Numbered from the stretch's first letter, positions 15,771 to 25,306 are shown. The stretch is 64,000 nucleotides of DNA from Candidatus Flemingiibacterium merdigallinarum (GCA_904386005.1 CAJFKR010000002.1:741-64740); one strand, 5' to 3'. Translations and numbers: made by a program. Notes: a model not told the origin generated them from the sequence alone.

Positions 15771-17957
15771 TTACATCTTGATCAGCTTGAATTCGCCCAG
15801 CGCGCGCATCGCGTCCGCGTCGCGGCTGTTCGACGTCAGGATTATGCTTTGTTCCTGCGTCGCGACTATGCGCAGTAGTATCGCCAGACGCTTGTCGTCG
15901 ATGTGCGCGAAGCTCTCGTCGAATATCATCGGCGGGGCGCATTTCGTGAATACCAGCCGGGTCAGCGCGAATCGCAGACAGAGATACGCCGCGTCGCGTG
16001 TGCCCGTGCTCAAGAAATTAATCGACTTCGTGCCGTTATCGGTGAGCGCCGACAGCTCAAGCTCGCCGCCGACTCCGACCTCTGTGTACTTTCCTCCGGT
16101 CACCGCGCCGAGCAGCTTCGACGCGTCGGCTGACAGCCGCGGCGATACGCTCCGGCGCAGATTTTCGCTCGCTTCGACCAGCTTGTCATACGCGAGCAGA
16201 TACGCCGCGTGCTTCGCGCGCAGTGACTCGCGTTCGCGCTTCAGCGACTCGAGCCGGTCTGATAGCTTCGCAGGATTCTCGCTCACCGGATAGAGTCCGG
16301 CAAGCTCCTTCTCGGTCGCGTTCGCCGCGACTCCGAGCGATGCTGAGCTCTTCTCGCAGAAGTCAGCCAGCCGCTTCATGTCGTTGTAGTTAGCCTTGTC
16401 AATGTCCGAAATGTCAATCGACATATCGACCGCGGCAGTGACGTCGGCTTCGTTGTAGCGCGACAGCTGCTCGCGCATCTCGCCGAGCCGCTCCGAGCTC
16501 TTGTCGTACTCGGCCTTCAGACTTTCCGCCGAGCCGAGCTGCGATGTGAGCTCATTAAGACGCGCGGTCAGTGCCGCCGTTATGTCGTCGTCCGACGCGC
16601 CTGTGAGCCCCAGCTCGCGCGACAGGTTGGCGATGAATTCCTCGTACCGCTTCTTTGCTTCGTCGCGTGCGCGAGCCGCGTATTTCGCGGTCTCCTCGGC
16701 TTCGCAGCGAGCCGCGAGCTCGTTTTCGAGTGTATCCACGTCGAATTCCTCGTACAGCTTCGCTGCCGCGCTCCGACTTCGCGCCGACAATATGAACAGC
16801 GTCACGCCGATCGCGGCTATGACCGCGCCGATGACCGCGATCAGCTTCGGCAGTATCGACGGCAGCAGGAATGGCAGCACTGCCGCGACCACGCCTATGA
16901 CCAAAGTCGCCGCCGCGCCGAACGCGAATGCCGACGACTTCGACTTGAGCGTGCTGTATTCGGCGTTGATTCCGTCCGCGCCGCCGCGCCGCGTATATTC
17001 GTCGAGCTTCGAGTCGAGCTGCGGGTCGCGCGGCGGCAGGCTGTCGTCGGCGCAGGCAGCCTCGGCGGCGTCATAATCACTGCGCAGGGACGCAAACCGC
17101 TCGCTCTCGCTGCGCAGCTTATTGATAAGCTCGGGATCCGGCGCGCCCGACGCGTCGATTTTCTGCCGCAGCTCGGCGGTCTGCTGCTCGTATTCGTGCA
17201 TCCGCTTGAAAAAGCGGGCGATCGTGCGCAGCTCGAACTGCGACAGCTTCCGTCGGAGCAGCTCGGCTTTTTTACTGTTGTCGCTCGCGTTTTTGCGCAG
17301 GTCGGCGAGCTTCGATTCCTTTTTCGCGATCTCATCATGATTTTTCAGCGCGTTCGCGAGCCTGCCCTCAAGCTCGGCGCACTCGGTGTCGAGCTCGTAC
17401 AGCCGCCCGCCACTGCCGTTTTTATGCAGCAGCTTCACCCGCGCCGCGTCGAGCTTGGACAACGCGCGCTGTGTGTTCACCGTCTCGTCTGCTGAAAACA
17501 GCAGATTCTCGATTCCCTCGGCGACCTTCGCGCCGCCGGTCGAATTCCCGAGCTGCGACACGAATGCCGTCGCCGCGAACATATCCGCGTCGGGACCGAA
17601 GAACAGCTCGCCCGGTGACTCACCTTTGTGACAGGGGCTGTTGTCGGCAAGGTCGATTATTTGCAGCGACTCGCGGAAGGACTGCCGCTCGCCGTTCGGC
17701 GTCAGCGACCGCTCGACGCGGTAGCGATGCCCGTCGACGCTGAATGTGAGCGAGCCGTCGGCGCGGCTGTCGCTCCAGCTGGCATAAGCGGCGCGCTCTT
17801 TTGCCGGTATGCCGTAGAAGATGAATTTGATGAAGGCGCAGAGCGTCGATTTGCCGCTCTCGTTCTCGCCCTCGATGATGTTGACGCCCGGCGACAATTC
17901 GAGCTCGTAGTCTCGCAGCCTGCCGAAAGCTTTGATGTTCAGTTTTTCTATTATCAT
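15771..17957 (-). CDS. YhaN-like AAA / Rad50-SbcC-type ATPase with a membrane hairpin in the coiled coil
   Basis: The N-terminal Walker A context is IIEGENESGKST. Long Ala/Glu/Lys/Leu-rich coiled-coil regions follow. Two hydrophobic helices lie mid-protein. The C-terminal signature and Walker B region is LSTGTRDAAYLCLRFAL...PPMIFDESFAHID. Confidence 0.8.
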   Translation of the reverse strand: MIIEKLNIKAFGRLRDYELELSPGVNIIEGENESGKSTLCAFIKFIFYGIPAKERAAYASWSDSRADGSLTFSVDGHRYRVERSLTPNGERQSFRESLQIIDLADNSPCHKGESPGELFFGPDADMFAATAFVSQLGNSTGGAKVAEGIENLLFSADETVNTQRALSKLDAARVKLLHKNGSGGRLYELDTECAELEGRLANALKNHDEIAKKESKLADLRKNASDNSKKAELLRRKLSQFELRTIARFFKRMHEYEQQTAELRQKIDASGAPDPELINKLRSESERFASLRSDYDAAEAACADDSLPPRDPQLDSKLDEYTRRGGADGINAEYSTLKSKSSAFAFGAAATLVIGVVAAVLPFLLPSILPKLIAVIGAVIAAIGVTLFILSARSRSAAAKLYEEFDVDTLENELAARCEAEETAKYAARARDEAKKRYEEFIANLSRELGLTGASDDDITAALTARLNELTSQLGSAESLKAEYDKSSERLGEMREQLSRYNEADVTAAVDMSIDISDIDKANYNDMKRLADFCEKSSASLGVAANATEKELAGLYPVSENPAKLSDRLESLKRERESLRAKHAAYLLAYDKLVEASENLRRSVSPRLSADASKLLGAVTGGKYTEVGVGGELELSALTDNGTKSINFLSTGTRDAAYLCLRFALTRLVFTKCAPPMIFDESFAHIDDKRLAILLRIVATQEQSIILTSNSRDADAMRALGEFKLIKM

Positions 17958-17969
17958 TGCGGACCTCTA

Positions 17970-19100
17970 TCAGAAATCAATGATGTCGCCGTCAGACAGC
18001 GCGGCGAGTCCGTATCGGAGCGCGAGCGCTGCCGTCTCGCGCTGCGCCTGGTCGTCGCCCTCGAGCATATCGGCAAGCGAAGCATAGAGCGCGCCGCGTA
18101 TCGTCGGGTCGGCGCGAAGCGCGGCGGCGTCATACATCGGCGAAGTCTCGTCGACCACCTCGAGCGTGAACAGCCGCGGAAACTGTGCGGTGACATAGCT
18201 CTGCGACAGACGCAGCCCGCTTGACACATTGCCGGTAAGTATCAGCCGGAGCGCGGTTTTATCGTCGTAGTGCCGCTCGGCGATGAGCGACGATATCCTC
18301 TCGCAGACGTCGGCGTTCGTCTCGGCGCCGGTGATATCGAGACGTTCGAGCTCGTATATACACTTTGACAACGGCAGGAATTTTGCGGCGAGCTGCGCCT
18401 GACCGCCCGATTTATCGATAGCGCCGATGATCACGCCTTTCGGACCGCACTCGTCGAAGCCGCGTCCCTCGACGCAGCCGGGGTATGCGTAATATGTACG
18501 ACCGACCTGATTGATTCCGCTGAATTTATGAATGTGACCGAGCGCGATGTAGTCGACGCCGCAGCCTGCCGCGATGTTTTCGGGCAGCGGACAGTATGCC
18601 GACTGCGATGTGCCGTAGTCGGCGTGTACGGCGAGGATATTGATTCGGTCGGGATTTTCGGGGGTAAAGTGCTCGGCGGGACAGAATTCAAGGCTTGGCT
18701 CGGTGAACGCCCAGCCGTAGATTGTCGTATTCTTGTCCGGAAAATCAAAGCAGGACAGCTCGCTCGAATCGAATATGTATACATTGTCCGGAAAGTCGGC
18801 GCGGCGGTAGCAGCTCTGTTTGGTATACGGGTCGTGGTTGCCGGGGGCGATTATGACCTTGCAGTCGGGTATTTTGGCGAACTCGGATGTGATGAGCGCG
18901 ATTGTATCCTTTGTGACATAGTCGCTGTCAAAAAGGTCGCCCGAAATCAGCAGAAAGTCGAGCTTATTGGTCGCGGCGTACAGCGTAATCGACGTGAACG
19001 ACGCGCGCATCTCGTTTCGCCGCACCTCTGCTTTTTGCAGGTCGAGCGCAGACAGCGGGCTGTCGAGGTGCAAGTCCGCGCAGTGCAGAAATTTTATCAT
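17970..19100 (-). CDS. SbcD/Mre11-type metallophosphoesterase exonuclease (YhaO-like)
   Basis: It carries the motifs FLHCADLHLD, ISGDLFD, GNHD and GHIH. It lies directly upstream of, and is co-oriented with, the ATPase gene. Confidence 0.85.
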   Translation of the reverse strand: MIKFLHCADLHLDSPLSALDLQKAEVRRNEMRASFTSITLYAATNKLDFLLISGDLFDSDYVTKDTIALITSEFAKIPDCKVIIAPGNHDPYTKQSCYRRADFPDNVYIFDSSELSCFDFPDKNTTIYGWAFTEPSLEFCPAEHFTPENPDRINILAVHADYGTSQSAYCPLPENIAAGCGVDYIALGHIHKFSGINQVGRTYYAYPGCVEGRGFDECGPKGVIIGAIDKSGGQAQLAAKFLPLSKCIYELERLDITGAETNADVCERISSLIAERHYDDKTALRLILTGNVSSGLRLSQSYVTAQFPRLFTLEVVDETSPMYDAAALRADPTIRGALYASLADMLEGDDQAQRETAALALRYGLAALSDGDIIDF

Positions 19101-19322
19101 GTTGAATCTCCGATGTTATATTAGTCCATGCCGCGTCCGGCGCGGCGAATAAAAATTATCATACAATAATTATACCGCATTTGCGCGGTTATTTCAAGTC
19201 ATTATGTAAAAATATTATATAACGCGGGCTCAATTGATTGACCGGACCGAGCTTATGATTATTTTCGGAACCTTTTGCGGGTATTTCCGTCTAAACAAAC
19301 AGAATATGATGGAGGTGCTCGG

Positions 19323-19718
19323 ATGATGAAATACCCGGTATTTATTTTCGCGGTAATCTGCGCGTTGGGGCTGACAGGATGTCAGAAAACAATCAGCGGT
19401 ACACAATTGTATTCGTTCCCCGAACCGACCGGACATATTAGCTGTACTTTCACGTCGCAAGGTCAGGACATCAAATATGAAATCGGCGCGGTCGAATACG
19501 ACCCGACCGATTTTTCGACAATACCGCTGATCGCGTGGTTCTACAATCTCAATCTCATTAAGTGTGAGGTCGACGCTGTGGAGGGCGCGGAATGCTACAG
19601 CTTTGCGGTCGGCGGCGTGCCGGCGTTCAGCTACGAGGTCAGGGGAAGCGAAGCATATGTGGTTATTGACGGCGAATACTACAGGGTGAACAATCCGTCG
19701 ACTCCGCCGGTTGGCTGA
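19323..19718 (+). CDS. small lipoprotein, function unknown
   Basis: The signal peptide has a lipobox (FAVICALGLTGC). GGAGG lies upstream of ATG 19323; the ORF track starts at 19275. Confidence 0.7.
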   Translation: MMKYPVFIFAVICALGLTGCQKTISGTQLYSFPEPTGHISCTFTSQGQDIKYEIGAVEYDPTDFSTIPLIAWFYNLNLIKCEVDAVEGAECYSFAVGGVPAFSYEVRGSEAYVVIDGEYYRVNNPSTPPVG

Positions 19719-19727
19719 CAGGACAAA

Positions 19728-19755
19728 GGGCGTATCGGTGTGATACGCCCTTTTT
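19728..19755 (+). terminator. intrinsic terminator
   Basis: The stem is gggcgtatc / gatacgccc, followed by TTTTT. Confidence 0.85.
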
Positions 19756-19995
19756 GAACATTGCTATCGTCGATTGCTGTTGTCGCGACTATTGAACAAT
19801 ATTATTTTCGCGATTATTGAACATTACTAGCGTCGCGATTATTGAATATTGCCGTAGTCGTGACAATTGAGCAATGCCATTGCCGTGACAGTTGGATATT
19901 GCCATTACAGCAATTATTAACATTGTCGTTGCGGCAATTATAAATCATAGCCGTTGCCGCGACATTTGAACATTGTCATTGCCGCTTTGACACAG
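19755..19995. repeat. degenerate ~25-bp tandem array (about 10 units; consensus near TTGAACATTGCCRTTGYCGCGACWA)
   Basis: I parsed the units by eye: TTGAACATTACTAGCGTCGCGATTA, TTGAATATTGCCGTAGTCGTGACAA, TTGAGCAATGCCATTGCCGTGACAG and so on. The array is non-coding and lies between convergent genes. Confidence 0.8.
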
Positions 19996-20000
19996 CCTCG

Positions 20001-21938
20001 TCACTTAATTTCCTTGGTTGCGATTTCAGTCAGAGCCATCGACATAAAGTCGCTGAGCGGCATCGCGCCGAGGTCGACTCCGCTGCGGTGACGCGGCGCA
20101 ACTGTGCCATCGGTCTTTTCCTTTTCGCCGATTACGAGCATATACGGAATCTTCTCGAGCTGCGCCGAGCGAATCTTGTATCCGATCTTTTCGTTGCGTT
20201 CGTCAAGGAAAGTGCGGATTCCGGCAGCTTCGAGCTTCCGGTTGATTTCGCGCGCGTAATCGTACTGTTCGCTGCCAATCGGCAGGATTGCAACCTGCGT
20301 CGGCGACAGCCACATCGGGAACGCGCCGGCGTATTTTTCTATCAGCAGCGCGAGCGTGCGCTCGTAGCAGCCGATCGACGTGCGGTGGATGATGTACGGA
20401 CGGCGCTTCTGTCCGTCAACGTCGACATATTCCATTCCGAACAGCTCGGCGAGCATCTGGTCGATCTGAATCGTGATCAGCGTGTCCTCCTTGCCATGGA
20501 CATTCTTGATCTGGATGTCGAGCTTAGGACCGTAGAACGCGGCTTCGCCAATGCCTATAGTGTACTTGATTCCGAGGTGGTCGAGGATCTTCTTCATCGC
20601 GTCCTGAGCCTCAGCCCACTGCTCGGGTGTGCCGATATACTTCTTGCGATCGTTCGGATCCCACTGCGAGAAACGGAACGAGACGTCATCACCGAGTCCT
20701 ACCGTGTCGAGCATATACTTCGCGAGCTCGACGCAGCCGCGGAACTCCTCCTCGAGCTGCTCGGGGCGCAGGATCAGGTGACCCTCCGAAATTGTGAACT
20801 GGCGCACGCGGATAAGACCGTGCATTTCGCCGCTGTCCTCATTGCGGAAGAGCGTAGAGGTCTCGCCGAGTCGCATCGGCAGGTCGCGGTAGGAGCGCTG
20901 ACGGTTCAGGAATACCTGATACTGGAACGGGCAGGTCATCGGACGCAGAGCGTAGACTTCCTTGTCCTTTTCCTCGTCGCCGAGTACGAACATACCCTCT
21001 TTGTAATGATCCCAGTGACCTGAAATCTTGTAGAGATCGGATTTAGCCATGAACGGTGTCTTGGTGAGAAGATAGCCGCGCTTCTGCTCCTCGTCCTCGA
21101 CCCAGCGCTGTAAGAGCTGCACAATGCGCGCGCCCTTCGGCAGCAGTATCGGCAGACCCTGACCGATTACGTCGACGGTCGTGAACAGCTCGAGCTCGCG
21201 TCCGAGCTTGTTGTGGTCGCGCTTCTTCGCTTCCTCGAGCTGTGCGAGGTGAGCTTTCAGCATATCCTTCTGCGGGAAAGCCACTCCGTAGATGCGCTGC
21301 AGCTGTTTGTTGTTCTGGTCGCCCTTCCAGTAAGCGCCGGTACACTGTAAGAGCTTCAACGCCTTGACCGCGCCGGTCGAATGGAGGTGCGGCCCGGCGC
21401 AGAGGTCGACGAATTCGCCCTGCTTGTAGAACGAAATCTCCTCGCCCTCGGGCAGCTCCTCAATGAGCTGTACCTTATACGGCTCGTCGCGCTCGGTCAT
21501 TAGCTTGATTGCCTCGTCACGCGGCAGGACGAAGCGCTCGATCAGCAGATTTTCTTTGACTATCTTCTGCATCTCGGCTTCAAGCTGCGCTAAAATCTCG
21601 GGTGTGAACGAGGTCTCGCTGTCTATGTCGTAGTAGAAGCCGTTTTCGATAGCCGGACCGATGGTCAGCCTGGCTTCGGGATAGAGACGCTTTACCGCCT
21701 GCGCGAGTATGTGCGACGCGGTGTGCCAGAACACGTGCTTGCCCTCCGGGTCATCGAAGGTCAGCAGCTTCGCGTCACAGTCGGCCGACACTACATAGTC
21801 GAGCGCGTGAACGTCGTCGCCGATTTTAACGGCGAGGGTAGAGCGGTCGACGAGATTTCCGCTCTTTGCCGCTTCGTAGACTGTAATCGGCGAGTCGAAT
21901 TCGAGGACTGCCGATTCGCCAAAATTGATTTTGAACAT
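20001..21938 (-). CDS. thrS: threonine--tRNA ligase
   Basis: The protein has a TGS-type N-terminus, an editing-domain motif (FWHTASHILAQAV), a class II catalytic core and an anticodon-binding C-terminus. ATG 21938 is preceded by AGGGGGA. The longer track ORF runs into the leader RNA. Confidence 0.95.
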   Translation of the reverse strand: MFKINFGESAVLEFDSPITVYEAAKSGNLVDRSTLAVKIGDDVHALDYVVSADCDAKLLTFDDPEGKHVFWHTASHILAQAVKRLYPEARLTIGPAIENGFYYDIDSETSFTPEILAQLEAEMQKIVKENLLIERFVLPRDEAIKLMTERDEPYKVQLIEELPEGEEISFYKQGEFVDLCAGPHLHSTGAVKALKLLQCTGAYWKGDQNNKQLQRIYGVAFPQKDMLKAHLAQLEEAKKRDHNKLGRELELFTTVDVIGQGLPILLPKGARIVQLLQRWVEDEEQKRGYLLTKTPFMAKSDLYKISGHWDHYKEGMFVLGDEEKDKEVYALRPMTCPFQYQVFLNRQRSYRDLPMRLGETSTLFRNEDSGEMHGLIRVRQFTISEGHLILRPEQLEEEFRGCVELAKYMLDTVGLGDDVSFRFSQWDPNDRKKYIGTPEQWAEAQDAMKKILDHLGIKYTIGIGEAAFYGPKLDIQIKNVHGKEDTLITIQIDQMLAELFGMEYVDVDGQKRRPYIIHRTSIGCYERTLALLIEKYAGAFPMWLSPTQVAILPIGSEQYDYAREINRKLEAAGIRTFLDERNEKIGYKIRSAQLEKIPYMLVIGEKEKTDGTVAPRHRSGVDLGAMPLSDFMSMALTEIATKEIK

Positions 21939-22064
21939 AATAATCCCCCTTTTTGTGTAGCCGCTCGGTTTAAGTTTCGCTGTTGCCGGCACAGTCTGAC
22001 CGATACAGTGCGTACAGTATAACCCACACATCGGCGTCAAGACAGGACATAGCCGTGAACGCAA

Positions 22065-22420
22065 ACAAAAAACCGAAGGCGGCAGAATGCAAAACGCATT
22101 GTGCAATACCTTCGGGGTGAGAATATTCCCACGGTTCCACCCGATTTTTTCACTCATTGACAGAAGCTGACCGGCTTTTATTGCCGCGGCAACTTCGTTT
22201 CCATATAACGCTGGACGGCGGCGCGCCATTTCCTGCGCGCGGCAATATCAGCTGTGCTCTTGTCGTCGATTGGGACGGAGTTCAAACTGACGATATAGAG
22301 CTGACATTGAGCTGCTGATTTGAACGGCGGTTGCGGTTCACTCTACGCGCCGAGTCCGGTCACAGCTAATCCGGTCTCTCTCTGAGACGCGTGTCAGAAT
22401 AAATCGCTCCGTTCTGCCTG
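22065..22420 (-). promoter_or_regulatory. T-box leader (tRNA-sensing riboswitch) of thrS with terminator/antiterminator
   Basis: On the minus strand the T-box core is AAAATCGGGTGGAACCGTGGGAAT (22130-22148). It is followed by a terminator, CCGAAGG...CCTTCGG plus TTTTTTG (22065-22116). A stem I-like AGAGAGAGACCGG... lies downstream of a TATAAT box at 22428-22433. ACC triplets are present, but I did not assign the specifier confidently. Confidence 0.8.
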
Positions 22421-22639
22421 TACCTTTATTATACTCCTTATTAAATAATGCTGTCAATAGGAAACTAAAAAATTAATCAAATATTTACAAATCACTGATG
22501 CGGATAATTTTTATATACATCAAGCAAATATTGCGAGTAACTATTGCATAAAGAGATAAAATAGTGTATAATTGAATCAGCAAACTATATAATACGGTAT
22601 CAGCAAGCTGTATATTACACTACAACTGCGGAGGTAACT

Positions 22640-23710
22640 ATGAATATAACGACAGTTATCGCGGCGAAGCTGCTCGCCGAATTCGGAATTTCAAGCAAAA
22701 TCGAGAATATGTCCTACTGTCAGAACTCTGACGGCAAGACAGTACTGCGGCTTGACGTCGAAGCGCGTCCGCCGCTCGTCTTGAAGCTATTTGACAGCGC
22801 GTCCCGCGGCTGGGAGACGACCGAGCGGCAGTGTGTGTTTATCGAGCATCTGCGACGTAACGGCATACCTACTCCCGAGCACTATTCGCGCGGCGGCGAA
22901 TATTGTCTCGAGCGGAACGTGCTCGGCAATCGCGTCTTTGTGACGCTCGAGGATTTCTGCGGCGAGACGCCGGAGCGGCTCGACGAAGTGCTCGCGCGTT
23001 CGGCAGGCGAGCTGATGGCGCGGATTCACCGTATCTCGTTCCGCGACAATTTCAAGATAGGAAAGGTCTGCGAGTCGAGAGCGGCGGCAGGCTTCAAAGC
23101 CGCGTATGAGCGTTTCGTTCGGCTCGCGAAGCTGGCGGAAGAAAGCCAGATAAAATCGGTACGCTATCCGCACCGTCTTTGTAAGAAGCCCGAGCTGTTC
23201 GGCGAGATTATCGACATATACAAGCGCCGAATCGCCGCGCTCGACGATATCGGCGGACGTCTGCCGCACGGCGCGGTACACGGCGACTATACGCTTGACA
23301 ATTTCACTTTAGGGCAGGGAGCATATGTCGGCAGACTGACGCTGTTCGGATTCGACAGCGCGGGCGACGATATGCTGCTGTCGGATATGCTGCTTGCCGG
23401 ACTGAGTCTCGCGTATGATTCGCCGGTCGATGAAGGTACCGATCGCCGGAGTCTGTTCGCGGCGTTTCTCGACGGCTACCGTTCGGTCTGCCCGCTGACG
23501 CACGACGAGAAGGTCGCCGCCTGCGAACTGTTTCCGGCGTACAACGCGCTGTCGCTGTCGAGGGTCGCGAATACTCCCGACTCGCTCGAGGAGATAATGC
23601 TGTCGGGCGATAACTGCGACAGAGCCGACACGAAGCTCGAGGAGATATACTCGCTGATAACCGCCGACGCGCGTCAGCTGTTCGCGAGCGAGCTGTTTGG
23701 CAAGGGTTGA
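22640..23710 (+). CDS. phosphotransferase-family kinase (APH / choline-kinase fold)
   Basis: The Brenner-type catalytic motif is AVHGDYTLDNF and the downstream metal-binding segment is LFGFDSAGDD. Confidence 0.75.
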   Translation: MNITTVIAAKLLAEFGISSKIENMSYCQNSDGKTVLRLDVEARPPLVLKLFDSASRGWETTERQCVFIEHLRRNGIPTPEHYSRGGEYCLERNVLGNRVFVTLEDFCGETPERLDEVLARSAGELMARIHRISFRDNFKIGKVCESRAAAGFKAAYERFVRLAKLAEESQIKSVRYPHRLCKKPELFGEIIDIYKRRIAALDDIGGRLPHGAVHGDYTLDNFTLGQGAYVGRLTLFGFDSAGDDMLLSDMLLAGLSLAYDSPVDEGTDRRSLFAAFLDGYRSVCPLTHDEKVAACELFPAYNALSLSRVANTPDSLEEIMLSGDNCDRADTKLEEIYSLITADARQLFASELFGKG

Positions 23711-23775
23711 CTATGGTCGAGAAGGACTGGTTATGGTCGAGGAGGACTGACTATGGTCGAGGAGGACTGACTATG
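23711..23775 (+). repeat. three tandem 20-bp copies of a Shine-Dalgarno/start-codon module
   Basis: The unit is TATGGTCGAGGAGGACTGAC. ATG codons occur at 23713, 23733, 23753 and 23773. Confidence 0.9.
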
Positions 23776-24276
23776 GCTGAACTGTGGGACATTTACGACG
23801 CCGACCGTAAGCCGACCGGTAAGACTATCGAGCGCGGTCAGCCGTTGCCGGACGGTTACTATCACATAGCCGTGCAGGTGTGGATACGGAATCGCGATGG
23901 CGAATGGCTGATTTCGCGGCGCGCGCCGAACAAGAAGCACCCGCTCGAGTGGGAGCCGACCGGCGGTTCGGTCATAGCCGGTGAGGACAGCTTTACGGCG
24001 GCTCTGCGCGAGGTGCGCGAGGAGCTGGGGATTGCGCTCGACCCGTCGCGCGGCAGACTCTGGTCGTCGCACCGGAACGAGCGTCCCGACTGGTTCAATC
24101 CGGGCTTTCTCGATGTCTGGCTATTCGACGCCGATGTAGATATTGCGGATGTGGTATTGTGTCCGGACGAGACGGTCGAAGCGATGTACGCGAGCGCGGA
24201 GCGGATACGTGAGATGATGGAGTCGGGCGAGTTTGTGCCCTTCAGCCACCCGCTGCCGCCCTTTTGCGGGGAGTGA
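23773..24276 (+). CDS. NUDIX hydrolase
   Basis: The Nudix box is GGSVIAGEDSFTAALREVREELGI. I favour ATG 23773 (GAGGAGGA 6 nt upstream). In-frame ATG 23713 and the track start at 23707 are alternatives. Confidence 0.85.
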   Translation: MAELWDIYDADRKPTGKTIERGQPLPDGYYHIAVQVWIRNRDGEWLISRRAPNKKHPLEWEPTGGSVIAGEDSFTAALREVREELGIALDPSRGRLWSSHRNERPDWFNPGFLDVWLFDADVDIADVVLCPDETVEAMYASAERIREMMESGEFVPFSHPLPPFCGE

Positions 24277-25175
24277 TTGAATTGTGTAGAGGAAGACTTA
24301 TCAAACGATTCAGTTTTGCGCTGATTATTTCGTCGCTGATATCGATTCTGTATTATAGCTGTGATTACAGTGACACAGATGAGGTCGAGACGGCAGATTC
24401 CGGAGCCGAGACTCAAAATCAAGCCGCGGTCAGCCATATCGAGCGCGGAGACGGTAACGAGCTGATTCTGTCCGGCACTGATAGCTTTGACACCGCGGTG
24501 TTCGATTTCGCTGATGAGCTCGGCGCGGATTTTGCCGAAAATGGGTTTAGCGTGGTGTTTGGCGACGCGGTTCTCTATTTCGGCGAGCCAATAAGTGGCG
24601 AGGGCGGAGCCGCGGCGCGTAAGCTCGATTCAATTGAAGCGTATGGGCAGACGGTCAAGCTCGGAATGTCATTTCTCGGCGACCATGCGGTTAATATCCG
24701 GTATTTCGACGGCGGGATTTTGGTGACCGACTATAGCTACGGCGTCGGCGACACGTATATAATCACGGCTGACGGCGTCTGGGAGCAGCACACCGAAGCG
24801 AATCTCGGCGCGGACAACTGCAATGAGCCGGTCATCAGCTTTTCGGTCGCGGGCGGTCGGCTCGAGTTCGTTTGCAGACCGAGAAAGTATATAGGCGGCG
24901 GAATAGGCGGCGACCTACTTATGTACAGCACGGGCAGAGACGAAATCTATTCGGTAGAGGGTTTAGTGGTGCTTGACGGCTGCACGCCGAAATATACGAC
25001 AGTCGAGGTAAAACGGCTGAATGACACTTACACCGACGACCAGCTGCAAGCCGAGTTTGAACTGCTGTATGATTTCATCGACGGAAAGTATGTGCCGGTC
25101 AGCGATTATGAGACGCTCGATTCGCTGTTTGAAAAGAACAAGGCGACATACGGCGAGTTTATATGGGGAGACTGA
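24264..25175 (+). CDS. hypothetical membrane-anchored protein
   Basis: This is a 303-aa ORF with an N-terminal hydrophobic segment (FALIISSLISILYY). The start codon is uncertain (non-ATG). I recognised no family. Confidence 0.55.
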   Translation: MRGVIELCRGRLIKRFSFALIISSLISILYYSCDYSDTDEVETADSGAETQNQAAVSHIERGDGNELILSGTDSFDTAVFDFADELGADFAENGFSVVFGDAVLYFGEPISGEGGAAARKLDSIEAYGQTVKLGMSFLGDHAVNIRYFDGGILVTDYSYGVGDTYIITADGVWEQHTEANLGADNCNEPVISFSVAGGRLEFVCRPRKYIGGGIGGDLLMYSTGRDEIYSVEGLVVLDGCTPKYTTVEVKRLNDTYTDDQLQAEFELLYDFIDGKYVPVSDYETLDSLFEKNKATYGEFIWGD

Positions 25176-25183
25176 AATAAATA

Positions 25184-25214
25184 AACCGGCAGCGATTGAC
25201 TGCCGGTTATTTTA
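25184..25214. terminator. bidirectional intrinsic terminator
   Basis: The stem aaccggcag / ctgccggtt is flanked by an A-run on one side and a T-run on the other. Confidence 0.75.
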
Positions 25215-25306
25215 ATGTCAATTAGGTTTGTGATATTTGAGCGTGCCATATTCGATTGCGGCTCATTCAAGCGTGCCATATGTGTGCTTGTTCATTCGAG
25301 CACACT

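Noticed and set aside
15771-19100. The SbcD/Rad50-like pair considered as a phage-defence module (Lamassu- or Gabija-like).
   Set aside because: Composition matches the surrounding chromosome. The pair resembles the conserved Bacillus yhaO-yhaN arrangement. There are no accessory effector genes or island boundaries. The only point retained is the membrane-hairpin observation.
19755-19995. The tandem arrays at 19755-19995 and 41435-41904, considered as CRISPR arrays.
   Set aside because: The units abut one another with a 23-25-bp period and have no unique spacers. The repeats are degenerate rather than identical. No cas genes or leader are present.
21939-22229. The N-terminal 97-codon extension of the thrS ORF (track start 22229).
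   Set aside because: The extension runs through the T-box core and its terminator. The canonical ThrS N-terminus (MFKINFGESAV..., TGS domain) starts at ATG 21938 with an AGGGGGA ribosome-binding site.
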